From: Chrysomallon squamiferum | Taxonomy: Eukaryota; Animalia; Mollusca | Assembly (NCBI GenBank): GCA_012295275.1 | Contig: CM022675.1 | Location: 8,680,001-8,744,000, forward strand | Length of the DNA: 64,000 nt | Direction of reading: 5' to 3' | Shown: in pieces, positions 13,732-28,445 of the stretch | Layout: each line of letters begins with the position of its first letter | How positions within the stretch are numbered: position 1 is the first letter of the stretch | Notes under the pieces: model-generated | The model's input: only the letters and a program-made list of their open reading frames with translations | Told to the model about the DNA's origin: nothing | The model's database searches: none | Translations under genes and position numbers: made by a program

Positions 13732-16379
13732 ATGAAATGACAGAACAACAATAATAATAATGATGATGATGATGATGATGATCAAATGACAGAACAACAA
13801 TAATAATAAACAAACAAATATATAAATAGATAAATGTACGAAAACAAAACTATAACAGGACACATACAGAAACATACCCACCTCCACCAAAAACTCACCC
13901 ATCTTCAAAAACACAACCCTTACCCCCAAAGCTCTTAAACAAATATTACCCTAGGCTATAATAACAACAAACAATCAAAAAAACAACCTATATGACTGAA
14001 GTGACATTCAGTAACATTCAGTAACAATACCAAGAGCAAGAACACACACAGTTTTCAAATTTATTACTCTGTTTTTTGACAGATAACCCAATCAAATGTA
14101 ACCAGTGAAGGACCAGATCCGATATAATCTGGATTTACTAATCAGATAATCCACAGATTATCCCATTAATACAAAGAAGCCATTGTTTTTTTCTAAAATT
14201 ATTGGTTTTGTGAATGTCTCATTAATCAATGTTTGGGAGATACAGTTTGTTGTGCTCTGTGTAAAATAAAAAATCGGTTAATATTTTATATATATATATA
14301 TATATGTACAGATTATTAAAGGGACTGTTATGTAATTTTCATGAAAACTTTTTTAAATGTTAAAGCTCGTGGTATGTATTATTTGGTTGCAGTTTGCTTA
14401 TTTAAATATCTGGAAAATGACACAATTATAAATTATAAATATAAGTTTTTAAATTATTTTGTTGTTGTTATTGTTTGACTGATATTGATACAAATAAACA
14501 AAATTTTATTATTATCTTAATTTTATTACTGTTATTATTTTAATTATTATAAAATACAACATTTAGCAAATATATAAAATTAAAAATTAAAAATAATAAA
14601 GAAAAATAAACTGAAGTTGAAGTTATAATATAATAAATAAAAATTAAAAAATAATGTGAGTTTTTAAATAAATAAATACTGAATTAAAAATTATACAAAT
14701 ACATTAAAAAAAATAATAAGAATTTTAAATAAGTAAATAATAAATAAAAATGAAATAGAAGAAAAGAATTCAGATACAAAAAGACAAAAAAGTAATAAAT
14801 TATTCATAGATAAAAGAAAAAACCTTGTAGCTGTAATAAAAATAAAAAAGATAAATGAGATATTTAAATTTATAAGTGAAAACAAAAAATTTATTGAAAA
14901 ATAAAATGAATAGAAAATAAAATAAAGCAAAACAAAAATTAATAGTTTAAACTATAAATAAGAAACAAAATGAAACAAGCAAGAACAGCAGCAAAACATA
15001 CTAAGAAAAATAAAAGTTTACTTAATAAAACTATACAAATAAAAATAAGGACAAAAAAAGATGATTTAAAAAAAAAAAGATAATAAATTTTAAAACAGAT
15101 AAAATTGTAAATTTAACATTTAGAAAAAAACAACTAAAATAATAAAAAATGCAACTTTTAAAAGCATTAATAATTTTTTATATATTTAAAATATTAAGAA
15201 TAAATTATAAAAAATTTGTTTTAAATTATTTTATTTATTTATTTTTATTATTACTTTTTTATATAAAGAAATGCGTTAAATAATTATTCGTTGAAGAATA
15301 AAAAGATTTTATAAAAATTCATGATAAAAAAAATAATACATTTTTAAACCTTTTTATCTGTTTTAATTTTTGTATGAGTGAAAAATATAATAATAATAAT
15401 GATAATAATAATGATAATGATATAAACAATGAAAACTAAACTTTAAAAGATATGATTAATGTAAAGAGATATTTTAATAATAAAAACATAAAAGTTATGG
15501 TAATAAAACATAATGATGTAATAACAAAAACAATAAAATATAAATATAAAAAACAATAAAGAAATGAAAGATATGATATATGTTAAAAAACAGTTAAAAA
15601 TGTTTAATATAATAATTATAAAATAATAGTTAAATAATAATAAAAATAAAAATAAATAGATAGAGACATAAATAAATATAAACAGAAAAGATAAAAACTA
15701 TATGATGATATATAATTAAAAGATTATAAAAATAAAATAATAGAGATAAAATGAAAAACATAAATGTAAGTTATAAGAATAAAAACAATTAATTGAAAAT
15801 CAATCATAAGGGGGAAAGATAGGAAAATGTAAAGTGAAATTAAAGATAAAAATAGATATTGAAAATATATCTCATAAAAATGAAATCAAAAATATATTTG
15901 AAAGTAAAATAAAACTCATTATAAAAATAATTTTAAAAATCCATTTAGAAATTATAATAATAAAAAAAAATTCACAAAAGTCATTATAAAAATATTTTTA
16001 AACAATTATAATAACAAAAAGAGTGATAAAATACATAAAAAACATAATGGTTAAAAATGTTTTTTTAAATCATAATAAAAAATAAAACAAGAATATATAA
16101 ATAATAATGGCAAAAAAAAAAAAAATAAATAAAATTTTTAAAAAATCATTATAAAAAACCCTAAAAACAACAACAGGATTTGACAGAATACAAAAATAAC
16201 AACAAAAACAACAAAAATATAAAAATCAGAATTATAAAAAGATATTAAAAAATCATAACTAAAAAAAAAAACCTGATATGACAGATATATAAAAAAACAG
16301 TAACAATAAACCAATACAGACAACTATAAAAATCATAATAATAAAAAGATACATAAATATAATATATATATATATATAT

Positions 16380-16760
16380 ATATAAAACCAATCAGATTAA
16401 AAAGCTACTCAAACAAGGGGGTGTGTGGAAGTGAAGAAATTAAATGAAAAACATCAGTAACAAACAACACTGCTTAGTGTACAGGTTAACAGGCCGGTGT
16501 AGCTTTACAAGACTTTCTGTGTGTGGTCTGTGAGGCAGTGTTAAAAATACAACTTATTCTTCCTTTACATTTTCATTGGCTAATCCAGCTAGGGACCCCC
16601 CTCTGTCAGTTCTCTGGTCTCTATACCACCGATTTACCAGCCTGGCTGAATCTTTTCCTAGTGTTTCCACCGATAGAGAAAAAGATTTTTCACTTGGGTG
16701 GCATGAGAAGTCGAGGGCCCCCCAAAACGTTGTTGCTGTAGTCGGCCGGCCGGTGGATTA
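16380..16760 (+). promoter_or_regulatory. Candidate (alternative) promoter of the Gli gene
   Basis: GC/CpG-richer island after a very AT-rich tract. CCAAT at 16388, ATTGG at 16575, Inr-like TCAGTT at 16606, and Gli-like sites at 16594, 16695 and 16716. Confidence 0.45.
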
Positions 16761-18042
16761 CGTTTTTTTTCTCTGTGTGTGTGTGTATGTGAGGAATAGG
16801 TGACGTGTTGTGGACGTATTGCATACATACGTTCGTACGTACGTACATACATACATCCCCGGGGAATAATTGTCTGTTTGTTTCTCTTTTGTTTGTTTGT
16901 TTTTTGTGTGTATTTTTCGATGATGAGGTTAATACTGATTAACATGTTGGAAAAAAAAAAATGTTCGCTTTGCGACTGATCAGGATTAATTTCGTTTTGT
17001 TGTGAAATGTTGCGGTTTTTTTGTGGGTTATTTTTTCATTGTGTAACGGATAAAAAGATCGTCAATTTGAGCTGAAGCTTTTTTTTTTTCTTTTTTTTTC
17101 TTCTAACTTGACGTGGTTTCATATCTGTTGAATGATTTTGATGACGTTATTTGATGAAATGAGATCAAGAGAAGAAAATTAATTGTGTGTGTTTTATTTT
17201 TGTAAGTTTATCATCCTTGGAAGAGAAAAGATTGATAATTTTAATTTGATTCTACAACAGTTTTTTTACCTGTTGGAATAATACCATATACTACTGCTGG
17301 ATTATTCTCTGTGTTAGTTTCACTTTTGAGAATCGTCAAATTTTTCATTTATTTTTATTTTGGGGGAACAATATAGTTTCTACTTTTGATTGAAGATAAA
17401 ACATCATACATACTAAACATGCAAGTTATTCAAATATTGTTTCTTAATTTCTGAAAGGAAAAAAAAAAGCTCACCTGTTGATACTAAAACACAAAAGTAA
17501 TCCACACAGAAACAAATAAGGATATTTGGAAATTATTTTTGAATTTTGTTTGCTGATCTTTCAGCCTCATTACAACAGTTCATTGCAGTTTTGTGTCACT
17601 GTTTGAGAAAACTTTTCATCTACAGTCTACTATCTTATCAACATCAGAAAACAACGGTGATTTTTATTCTTCAATTTCTTGCGTTTTTGTTTGTTTTTAG
17701 GAAAATACTATCAGTGGGAAAAAAAATCTTCAAAAGTTTTGTTTTACACTTTTTAAATTGGTTTGTCTGTTTCAGTAACACTTTGCTACTTAATTTCTCA
17801 ACATTTGAAGTTTTTTTGGAAACAAAATAAATTGTTGTCTATTATTTATAATTTCTGAATGAAAAATACTATTCAAAGATGGTCAACTTAAAACTGTATT
17901 GAAAAAAAATTGTTGTCTGGAAACTAGTATTTAAAGTTAATCTTTGATTTTATTTTTAAAACACTTTCAATAGGATTACTGATTATTTGTTAATACAAAT
18001 TCAGCTTCAGGATTAAAGGATTATTCACTCATATGTGAAAAA

Positions 18043-18084
<42 letters not shown>

Positions 18085-18268
18085 CAAAAATAAGGAATAT
18101 TTGCAAGGAAAAATTCCAAATTCTACAAAATCTTCTGGAGTATGAAAGAAAATGGATACTTGTTAATACAGTGGATACACACTTTTATTTACAATGGATA
18201 CAAATATTAATCGTGGATACAGATAAAACTTAATTTGGATTTGGATTTTTACCAACATTTATAACTGG
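16608..18268 (+). other. Candidate non-coding first exon (long 5'UTR) of Gli
   Basis: Runs from the Inr-like site to a consensus donor G|GTAAGT at 18269. There is no phase-1 open frame at its end (TAA at 18262). TGGATAC occurs four times just before the donor. Confidence 0.35.
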
Positions 18269-18471
18269 GTAAGTTTTCCTTATCTTCTTTTAAAAATATT
18301 TTTAAAATAGTGGAATAAATTTATTCGTCAAAAATCAGGATATGACTGAATCTCCATTAAACTGAAATGTTAGGTTGACAAAAATTAAAATAAATATATA
18401 AATGTTAAAGATACCATAAGAAATTTATTTTAATGTTCTCCTTTTTAGCTACTTTAAGTATTTTAGAAAAA

Positions 18472-18503
<32 letters not shown>

Positions 18504-19070
18504 AATAGCAACAACAACAATACTATAATAAAAATAAAATAATAATAACACTAATTTTAACAGAAACAATGATGTTACCAATGATAACAAATTACCTTCT
18601 TCAAAAATCAGTAATAGCTATAGTTCTTACATAGTGATAGCTACAACAACAATAATAATAACAAAGAAATAAAAGAAATAACAACAAGAACATATAAATA
18701 AATAATAATATAAAATTTTCCACACATTTATACTTTTCTTGGCCTATTCACCTTTTTATAGCATGGGCAATGAATAGATTGATGCTGCTTTTAAAACCTA
18801 AATATTTAATTTTTCTTTAAAAAATATAAATAAATAAATAAATAAATGATAAACACATGACATTTATTTAGTTATTTATATTTAATTTCTGACTTTAATT
18901 ACAGATTTTATATCTAAATACAAATTTTAAGAAAATAAAAGTAGCTACTATTGAAAATCAGTTTCCTTATCCAAATATTTAAAAGCTTGTGAATATGAAA
19001 GTTAGCTGTGAAATGTTTTTTTTCTTGGAAATGGATAACTGTTGATACAGACACAGACAGACAGACAGAC

Positions 19071-19166
<96 letters not shown>

Positions 19167-19732
19167 TGCTATAAATATCTCTGTAGATATAACCACATAC
19201 AAATGGATGAAATTGTTTTAATGATTTTTAAAAAAATAATGACTTCTAAACTGAAACAACCCTTATATTAAAGTTGCACAAACACAGTCATTCATAAAAC
19301 AAAACTACAGACATGCAGCTTAAATTCACAGAAAAACTGATATTTATATTTTGGTCACTTGGTGTTGTTTTTTCTGTGGTTTGTTCAGTTTTAATCCAGG
19401 AAGAAGTAAAAATCCTTGACAATCCTTTCGAAACAGAAAGCTTGGGGTTACCCTTTTGAAATTCTTATTCATGATTGTTGTTTTCTGGGACATAAAAGGC
19501 TTTCATTTTGGAAATACATTTTATGTGTATAACAGAAGAAAAGGCTGGCAAACCTCAATCAATGCTTCAATAGCAGTAAGCTGTCTTTCATAAGCACCTT
19601 CCAATAGTTAGCAAAAAAAAAAAGAAAAAATACTGTGGCTTTTGATAAACTAGCCATGAATGTTTTTATCTGAACAAACACATAAACAGGAAGAAAACAT
19701 AGTTTTGATATACTGATCATAAATATTTTATA

Positions 19733-19784
<52 letters not shown>

Positions 19785-20381
19785 CATAGTTGTCCATTGA
19801 TATGAGGCCTTAGTTGGAATTGGAAAATATTTCAATGTTGGCACCACTGAGGATCGATCTTGCTGTCTCTTATACTTTAAAACAACATTTTGTGACTGTA
19901 CTGCATACACTGTACATACTTAGTCTGTGTTTTACTAACAGTTGTGTTAAGATCAGCACAAATGTTAAAGTTTTCTTGTTACATTTTTACAAAGTCTCCA
20001 CAGTTTGGTCACATTTTGTACAAGATGTAAACCACAGAGAAAATGTGGAGAAATATTTTTTGGTGCATTTCTTTTCTCAGAAGATACACAGTTTTTTTTA
20101 TTTGATTTTAAAACACTGACTACATCTATATACTGAGAGTATCACTGATTTATTGTAATATTATTTAAGATTTTAAATCATTTTGTAACAATTCTTTTTA
20201 ATAACATCATTAGAAATTATGTTAACTTATTGAGTCAACACTTAAGAATATTGCAGATGGTTGTTTTGAAGGGTGGAGAGAGAGACAAAGACTGAAGAAG
20301 TGAGAGATATGAAAGAGAGACAGAAGTAACAGAAATATAACACAAATAAAGAAATAAATGTATAAGAGACATAATGGAAAA

Positions 20382-20435
<54 letters not shown>

Positions 20436-20520
20436 AAAAAGAAACAGACAGAGAGAAAGAAAGATAGATAGGTAGAGAGAAGAAAAAGAGAGATAAAGAC
20501 ATTTAGAGAAACTGATAGAG

Positions 20521-20559
<39 letters not shown>

Positions 20560-21587
20560 GACATACGTGGGTGATACCTGAGTGTAAGTCAGGTGAAAGT
20601 AATGTTTAACGAATGACAACATTGTTTTTTTTTACACAACACACAGGTGACTGGAAAACTGAGACTACCCTCGTGTAACACAAACTAATCTGTTTTGAAT
20701 CTAGAAATATATATTACTTCAAAAAACGTCCAACGAAACAATATTGTCATTTGTTGAATATTGTTCTCGTTGCAGCTGAGCTCACCCACCAGACCAGTAG
20801 TGTCTGTCTGTCTGTGCAATTATCTTGTCATCTCTTGTGTATGTCATCTGTTTTTGTTACATCCCTGTCTGTATGTGTGTCTGTCTCATTTTCTTTTTTT
20901 TTTTTTTTCTTCTAATTCTTACCTTTTTAACTTGATCTCTTCATATTTTTTTTTTCTTTTTTTTTTTTATTTTTTTTTTTTTTTTTTTTTTTTTCTCTTA
21001 CTTTCTTTTTAAAGTTTTAAATGAATCCTGTGCTTTCAAGTAAAAATATTACAGGAAAAAATACACCTTTAAGAACCTTAAAACTTACCTGAACATGACT
21101 TTTATTTGTCAATAATGGATTAAATGTTTATTCTACCTGTGCAGGTAAATGTATCTGTATTTGTCATCTGGTGAAAAAGTTATCTTTGTTTACTGTTGAT
21201 TGAATCTGTCTGCATTCCAGGTAAAAACATTATTTATATATGTATCAAAATTTTGTGATAATTGTGTCAATAATTAATTTAAGAAGTTGATCACCTGTAC
21301 AGGTACAAATACCTGTATATTTCTTCAGGTGAAAATATTAATATTATATGTAAATGTAAGTACTTACTTTTTATTATTATTATTTTTTTTTTTTTAAACT
21401 TTAAGAATAAAGTATGTCAGTAGTTGTTGATTAAACATTAAGTTCACACATTTGGATGAATATAGTTAAATTCTTCAGGTATAAAAATGTTACTTATATG
21501 TATGTAATATTCTGGTGAATGTAAATTTAAAAACAAAGAAAAAAAGTTACCTGTGCTTTTGTTTATTATGTAATGGAAATAAAAGGT

Positions 21588-21679
<92 letters not shown>

Positions 21680-22809
21680 TATATATTTATTTATTTGTCA
21701 TTCTTTAGAAGTCTTGTAAACATTTTATTATTTTCTCTTTTTAAATTCATTTTTGTTTCTTAAAAATTTCAATTAAAATCAGCTTTCACTTTTTCTCTCT
21801 CATTTTCTCTTTTCTGTTGTTTTTCTGTTTTCCATCTTCCCTTTCTTTTTTCTTTCTATCCTGTTATTTCTCTCAAATATAAAAACATATTTTAACTCAG
21901 TTTTTATATATATATATATATTGTAGATATAAATTATGTATTTGCTTATGTTACATGGATGTACATACGTAGTTTTCCATGTTTTTATTTGTGTATGTTA
22001 GTATGTACATATGTTTGTATGTATGTTTTTGTTATTAGTATTATTATTTAAAGTTATATATATATAGGTATCTATATATATATACACATCCACAAATTTT
22101 CTTTTCTTTAGTAATTACAAATCCTGCATCTCGGTGTCTTAAATTAACTCCCAACCAACAGGTACACACACCATACTGATTTATTTCCTAACAGGTATAG
22201 ATCGTTAAAGGTGTGTTAAGAAAACACTAAAAGAAAATGGCTTCAGGTGCTGCATCTGCATTTTTAACCAAACTCTGCTGCTGAAGTCTGGAATTCTGCT
22301 CTACTAGAGCTGAAACCTAAAACCAGATACGCTTGTGTCTGTTTAACATCAGTCTGTCAAATCTGACTATCACCTCTCTGCCCTGGGAGATAGGGAGTGG
22401 GGAGGAGGGGGGGCGAAACAACTCAACAAAACATTCCAGTGTTTTATCAGATTAATTGGCATTCAGAGTCAGGATTCTGGGAGGGAGATGTTATTTTTAG
22501 AAACGGGCTGATGATTCATTCATTTGTGTGTGAAAGTGGAAGTTGTTACGCCTGTGAAAAATAGTCCCAGTTAAAATAGTGCCAGAAATAATCCTGGTTA
22601 TTCTGAAAGTTGATCTTTTTGATATAAATGTGTGATGTAGGCTTCTTAGAAGGGGTTTCTGTTAATGTAAAAGTATATTTGTTGTTGTTATAAAAATAGT
22701 CATTCCATTTCGTAAAGAAGAGTTAACTAAGTTGTCAAGATTCAGATACTATCATATGATTTGATGACAATATAGCCACTGTATTCCAACAGTGTTGTGT
22801 GTGTCTGTT

Positions 22810-22892
<83 letters not shown>

Positions 22893-23375
22893 CTAAAACA
22901 ATTTGTGAAAGGAAAGGAGTAGAAAGGGAGAGATAAATATTATATACAGATAGGTGTGTGTGTGTCTCTGTCTGTGTGTGTGTGTGTCCTGTAATCACCA
23001 TAAACAGTGACAAGATACAATGACTGGATATAGTTACTGACTAAAAATACAGCTTTTGGGGATGTAACTATTTTTATTTTTATAAATGACTTGTTATTTT
23101 GTGTTCAGAGTTACTTCTTTAGAGCTTAATTGCTGGTTCAGATCGTAAAAGATCATTTTCAAAACATTCATTTCATTTAAAAAGTAATAAATAAATTGTT
23201 GGTGTTATTTAAGAACTAATTTTTTTTTTTTTTTTTTTTTTTTTTTTGATATATAGTTTTTATAAGTGAATAGGTTGTGAGTTAGAATGAAATCAATATG
23301 TGTGAACAGTTATTTGCTGAGTATATAAAGATAATTACAGAGAGGGGGGGAAAGAGAGAGAGAGAGAATGTGAGG

Positions 23376-23471
<96 letters not shown>

Positions 23472-23764
23472 AGAGAGAGAGACAGAGAGAATGTGAGGTA
23501 GAGAGAAAGAGAGAGTTGGAGAGTGAGAACACATAAGAAAGAAAAAACTAGACACTGATATTTGATACACTCAGTGGAAAAAAAAAAACAAGCATCTTAG
23601 ATTTATTATTTGACATTCGATTAAAAGTTCACAGTTAATTGTGAATGTAAATTAGATGTTTGAGCCTCTGCAGCTGTCACTAATAAATAAAACAACAACA
23701 TTAATCTGTAATTTAATTTCTCCTGTAGAGGCTTCTGCCTGTCAGTAATTAGGATAAGTTTGTC

Positions 23765-23797
<33 letters not shown>

Positions 23798-25789
23798 TTA
23801 GTGTGTCTGTGTGTGTGTATCTGTGTGTGTCTTAGTTAGTGTGTCTCTGTGTGTGTGTGAAAGTGTTTGTGTTTATTTTGAGTCTGTATTTTTTGTGCTG
23901 ATATTTTTATGTATTTTGCTTTCTATGTTTTTTTTTTATGTGTGTGTGTGTGTTGTGTGTCTAACTATATGATTTATAAACTTTTCTTTTATCTAAAAGT
24001 TACATTTTATCCTTTGTACATTGCTTGTTTGTGTTTTTATGTATGTGAATGTGTTTGTGTATTTATATTTGTGTGTAAATGGGTATGTGTTTGTGTGTCT
24101 GGGTGAGAAAGTATTTATGTTTGATGTTAGAATACTTGTAAGTTTGTCTTAACATGTATGTGTGTATGTAACTTTAGTATTTTCCAAATTTCCTTTGATT
24201 CATTGATCGTTTTAAACACAGACTCACACACAAACACACAGACACATGCACACACATACACACAAATAATATAGTTTAATAGAAACACATGCATTCACAT
24301 ACAAAATATATATATATATATAAAAATAATGTGCATTATTTTCTAACTTTTCCTTGATCCATTGATCATTTTAAATAGACACACACAGTTTTATAATTTA
24401 TACAGTTTAATACACACACATACACACAAACATACATATATGTAAATACATCAATAATTTATCCATTGTTCTGTGTGTGTATATATATATACAAACACAT
24501 CTGTTACTGTTGTTTCTGAACAGTCTGTTACACCCAATCTGATCTTTGCTTCTGTCTTGCTCTGGTAGTAACGAGGTCTCCCTGTTCACCATAAAGTACA
24601 GCAAAGAACTAAAATCTGACACCAACTGTCAAGTGAAACATTGCTCCTATATCGTTGTTATTTTAGTTCCCCGGAGATTGCATCAAATCTCGTCTTTTGA
24701 TCAGTAAATCTTTGAAAAAAAGTGTTGTGTTCTCTTCTTCTTTTTTTTGTGTAAAATAGTTTTTTGTGTGTGTTGTTACGTATAAAGGTTATTTATGGTT
24801 GATGGTAGTTTGTGGTAATGTTAGGTAAAATCGTGGTGTGTAGAAAAGTAATAATATAAAGGAGTAAATTTTGAGATAAATTCAAGAAAATTAAAAAGTT
24901 AAAACCAAATTTAAAAAAAAACCCTGTTTTTATAAAAAATCATTTATATACTAACTTTTATACTTTACCCAAAAATTTTAAAATTTCCTTTTTTAATACT
25001 TTATTGAAAAATATTAAATTATAATAATAATAATAATAATAATGATAATTATGAAAAAAAGAACAAGAAAGAAGCCTATACATATAAAAAGAAACATCCT
25101 GTTTAAGATATTAATGGTTTGATTCTCTCATCATAAAATTTCTTTTGCTGTAATTGTTTTAACTGTCTTAAACTATTATTTCGAACTATAAACTGTTTGT
25201 CATGATAATAAAAATAAAAGGAAAAAAGTATAAAATGTATGTAAAATGAAAGAAAAGAAGAAGAAAAAACAAGGTTTTAAAAGTAATTAAAAAAGCATAC
25301 ATGAATAAAACATGAGAATAGTGACGACAAAAAAAAATTAAAAACAATTTAGACTGATACTTTTAAAAGAATAATAAAGAAAAATATCAAAAAGAAACAC
25401 AAAAATATTTAAAATAAAATAATAACAAAAGTAAAATAATGTTAGAAATAATAATAATGACAATAATAATTTAATAAAATAATTATAATAATTAAAAACA
25501 AATATGTTCACATTCAAAACAACTTCAGTATTCCCCAAAGAAAATTTTGTTTTAATTTAATTATAAAAATACAGAAGGAAAAGAAAACAATTTCTTCTTC
25601 AGTGAGAACACATGTTCTAAGCATAACATTAAACCCCTATTCCAAGATCCAGGTTTTTATTTCACTGGTAAATGTGAGGAAGCATCTTAATTCCCTTCAG
25701 ATTATTTTTCTAATGATGTAAATTTGTAAAACAGGTACTGAAACATTTATCTAGCAGACTTGGCACCTGCAGTGATCCATATTGTTGTA

Positions 25790-26040
25790 TACAGGATATA
25801 TCTTTACTTGAAAAATAAAGACTAAAACTGTATTTAACAGATAAATCTTTACTGGAAATATAAAATAAACAGTGAAAAATAAAGACTAAAACTGTATACA
25901 AGATAAATCTTTACTCGAAATATTAAACAAACAGTGAAAAATAAAGACTAAAACTGTATTTAACAGATAAATCTTTACTTAGAAATATAAAACAAACAGT
26001 GAAAAATAAAGGCTAAAACTGTATTTAACAGATACAAACT
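25790..26040. repeat. Minisatellite, unit about 62-65 bp, about 4 copies
   Basis: agataaatctttact..aaatataaaa..aacagtgaaaaataaagactaaaactgtatttaac. Confidence 0.9.
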
Positions 26041-28119
26041 AATACACTTCTAAAGCAGGGTTTGATCTATTTTAATTTATTTTTAAAATTCTTAAAATGA
26101 AAATACCTGTATGGAATATGTTTTTCACTAGATAGTTGAATTTCTACTACTCTTTTAGACATGATAACAAATAAAAATGAGAATAAACTTTGAAATAAAT
26201 AAAAACTTATTGTGAGATCATCAGTTGTACAAGGCAACACTGTCATTTGAGCTGGTGTCATGGAAACTGAAACAAAAAAGTGACTAATTCAAAATTAGCC
26301 AGTTTAAAAAATAGCTGATTTTATGAATTTTCAATATTTGCGAAAGCCAGATAAATGATTATGTTCCTGTAATACTCTTGTATTTTTCAATAATATTTTC
26401 CACTTTTTTTTTTTCCACAACAATTATTTCAGTCAAAATATAAGGAATCATATGTATGTTCAATAATTCAAAAATATGTTAGTATATTTTATTAATAAAA
26501 TGTTTAAAATGGTTTGTAATTTATTAAATAAAAACTTGATCATAGTTTCAAGATACCTATATGTGCATATCACTAATAAATCTTTCAAAAATAGTTTGTA
26601 ATTGTTAAATAAATATCTGATCATAAGCTGTATTTGGATACAATTAATAAAATATTAGGAATGTTTCATTAAATAAATATTCTGACAAAATTTCAAGATA
26701 CCTGTATATTTATATAATTAATTAAAAAAATGTTAAAGTTAGTTTGTAATTTGTTGAATAATTAGGTAAAACATTAGTGATACTAATATATATATATATG
26801 ACCAAGAAACATTTGTTGAATTTTAGTAAATATATTTTGATATATTTAATTAAATAAATAATAAAAATCTGCTGGAAATTAATAAGTAAATCCTTGAACA
26901 AAATATCATGGCTGTTATTGCTATTATTTTTTTTTATTATTATTATTATTATTTTTTTTTTATTGTTATTTTTATCTGTTGGAAATTATTAAATAAATCC
27001 TTTGTACAAAATATCAGGGCTATTATATAAGTTTATTATTATTATTATTATTATTATTGATTTTTTTTATTACTATTGTAATCATTTTTTAAAATGATTT
27101 ATTATTTTCTTTTCTTTGTTTTCATACTGTTTTTCTGTAACTGCTTTATCTTCCTTCACAATATAAACTCTAAACAAAAAAACATATTTATCACAAGTTA
27201 TCCAACAGGTTTAAAATTCACTCGAGCATGACCAGAAAAAAACTGTCACACATGAATAACTCTCAATGGAGTCGACTGATGTCGTCTTTATGATCTGAAA
27301 TCATTGCTCATCCATTGTCTTGCTAAAACATTATTTAAAGAAAGAAAATATTCTGAGAAAAAAAAGAAACAAAAAGAGTAAAAAAAAAAAAAAATACAAA
27401 AAATATAACAGAACTGACAGTTTTTGTTTGAATTGATGTCAAAGAATGAATTAAAAAAGGAAAATTGAGAAATGCACATTTGTTAAGAAGGGTTACCTAA
27501 CACTAAAAACATGTCAAAGGGTGAGGGTCAAATCTGGAAAGGTCACCTTGCACCATATCGTGTAACAGACTAAATGGCAACCTCAGGAATGATGAAAGAG
27601 GTTTTCTAGGTCAGCCTCAGAACCTTGAATTAAATGATGTCAGAAATGATAAAGGGTTACAAGTGTCAAAGGTTACAGGTCAAATTTATTAGTGGTTACC
27701 TTGCATCAAATGATGTTAAAGGTTACAGGTCAATTTTGTAAATTATATCAAATGTTATATGTTAACCTCAGAACTGTGAATCAGATGATGTCAAAGGTTA
27801 AGGTCAACCTCATGAGGGGTTACCTTGAACCAAGGTCAGAGATGTCATGTCAGTGTAAGAAAGGGATATTTTGCATCATGTGATGTTACAGATGAGAAAT
27901 AATTTTGAAAATGTTGTCTGAACTGATAGGTCACCTGATTGCTCAAATAATAGGTCTCTGTTATAAAAGGTCACTTTGTACCAGAAGATACTGTTATTAT
28001 TTGATGAAAATTTTGGTTTTCCTTCATTGATATCAGAAAGTTCATCTTTATTTATTCTTCACAGTATAATTAGGTTCCTGTATATCTTTATGTTTTGCAT
28101 TTTATGGTAGTCCTAACTA

Positions 28120-28445
28120 CCACAAGATGGCTTTTCAAAATTTCATTCCCTTTCATATTCTTTCATTTTCCATTTTCTTCTGGCCTTACATTTAGCCATT
28201 AAATCATTATTCAGTGACTAATCCTTTCTGTTTTCGTTGTCCAATGATAATTTTACTATTTACGGGATATCAAGGTTCCAATACAGATTTATATTTTTCA
28301 TTTCTGGTAACTGCCATAAGATGGCAACTGAGAATTTAGTCTAAAAGTCTTCATCATAATATGCTTTCTTCCATTTTCTTTTGGCTTTGAAGTTAGCCAT
28401 TAAATTATTATTCAGTGACTAAAATGTATTTTCTGTTTTCTTTTT
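28120..28445. repeat. Two-copy tandem duplication, about 195-200 bp
   Basis: aagatggc...ttccattttctt..ggc...ttagccattaaat.attattcagtgactaa present twice. Confidence 0.8.
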
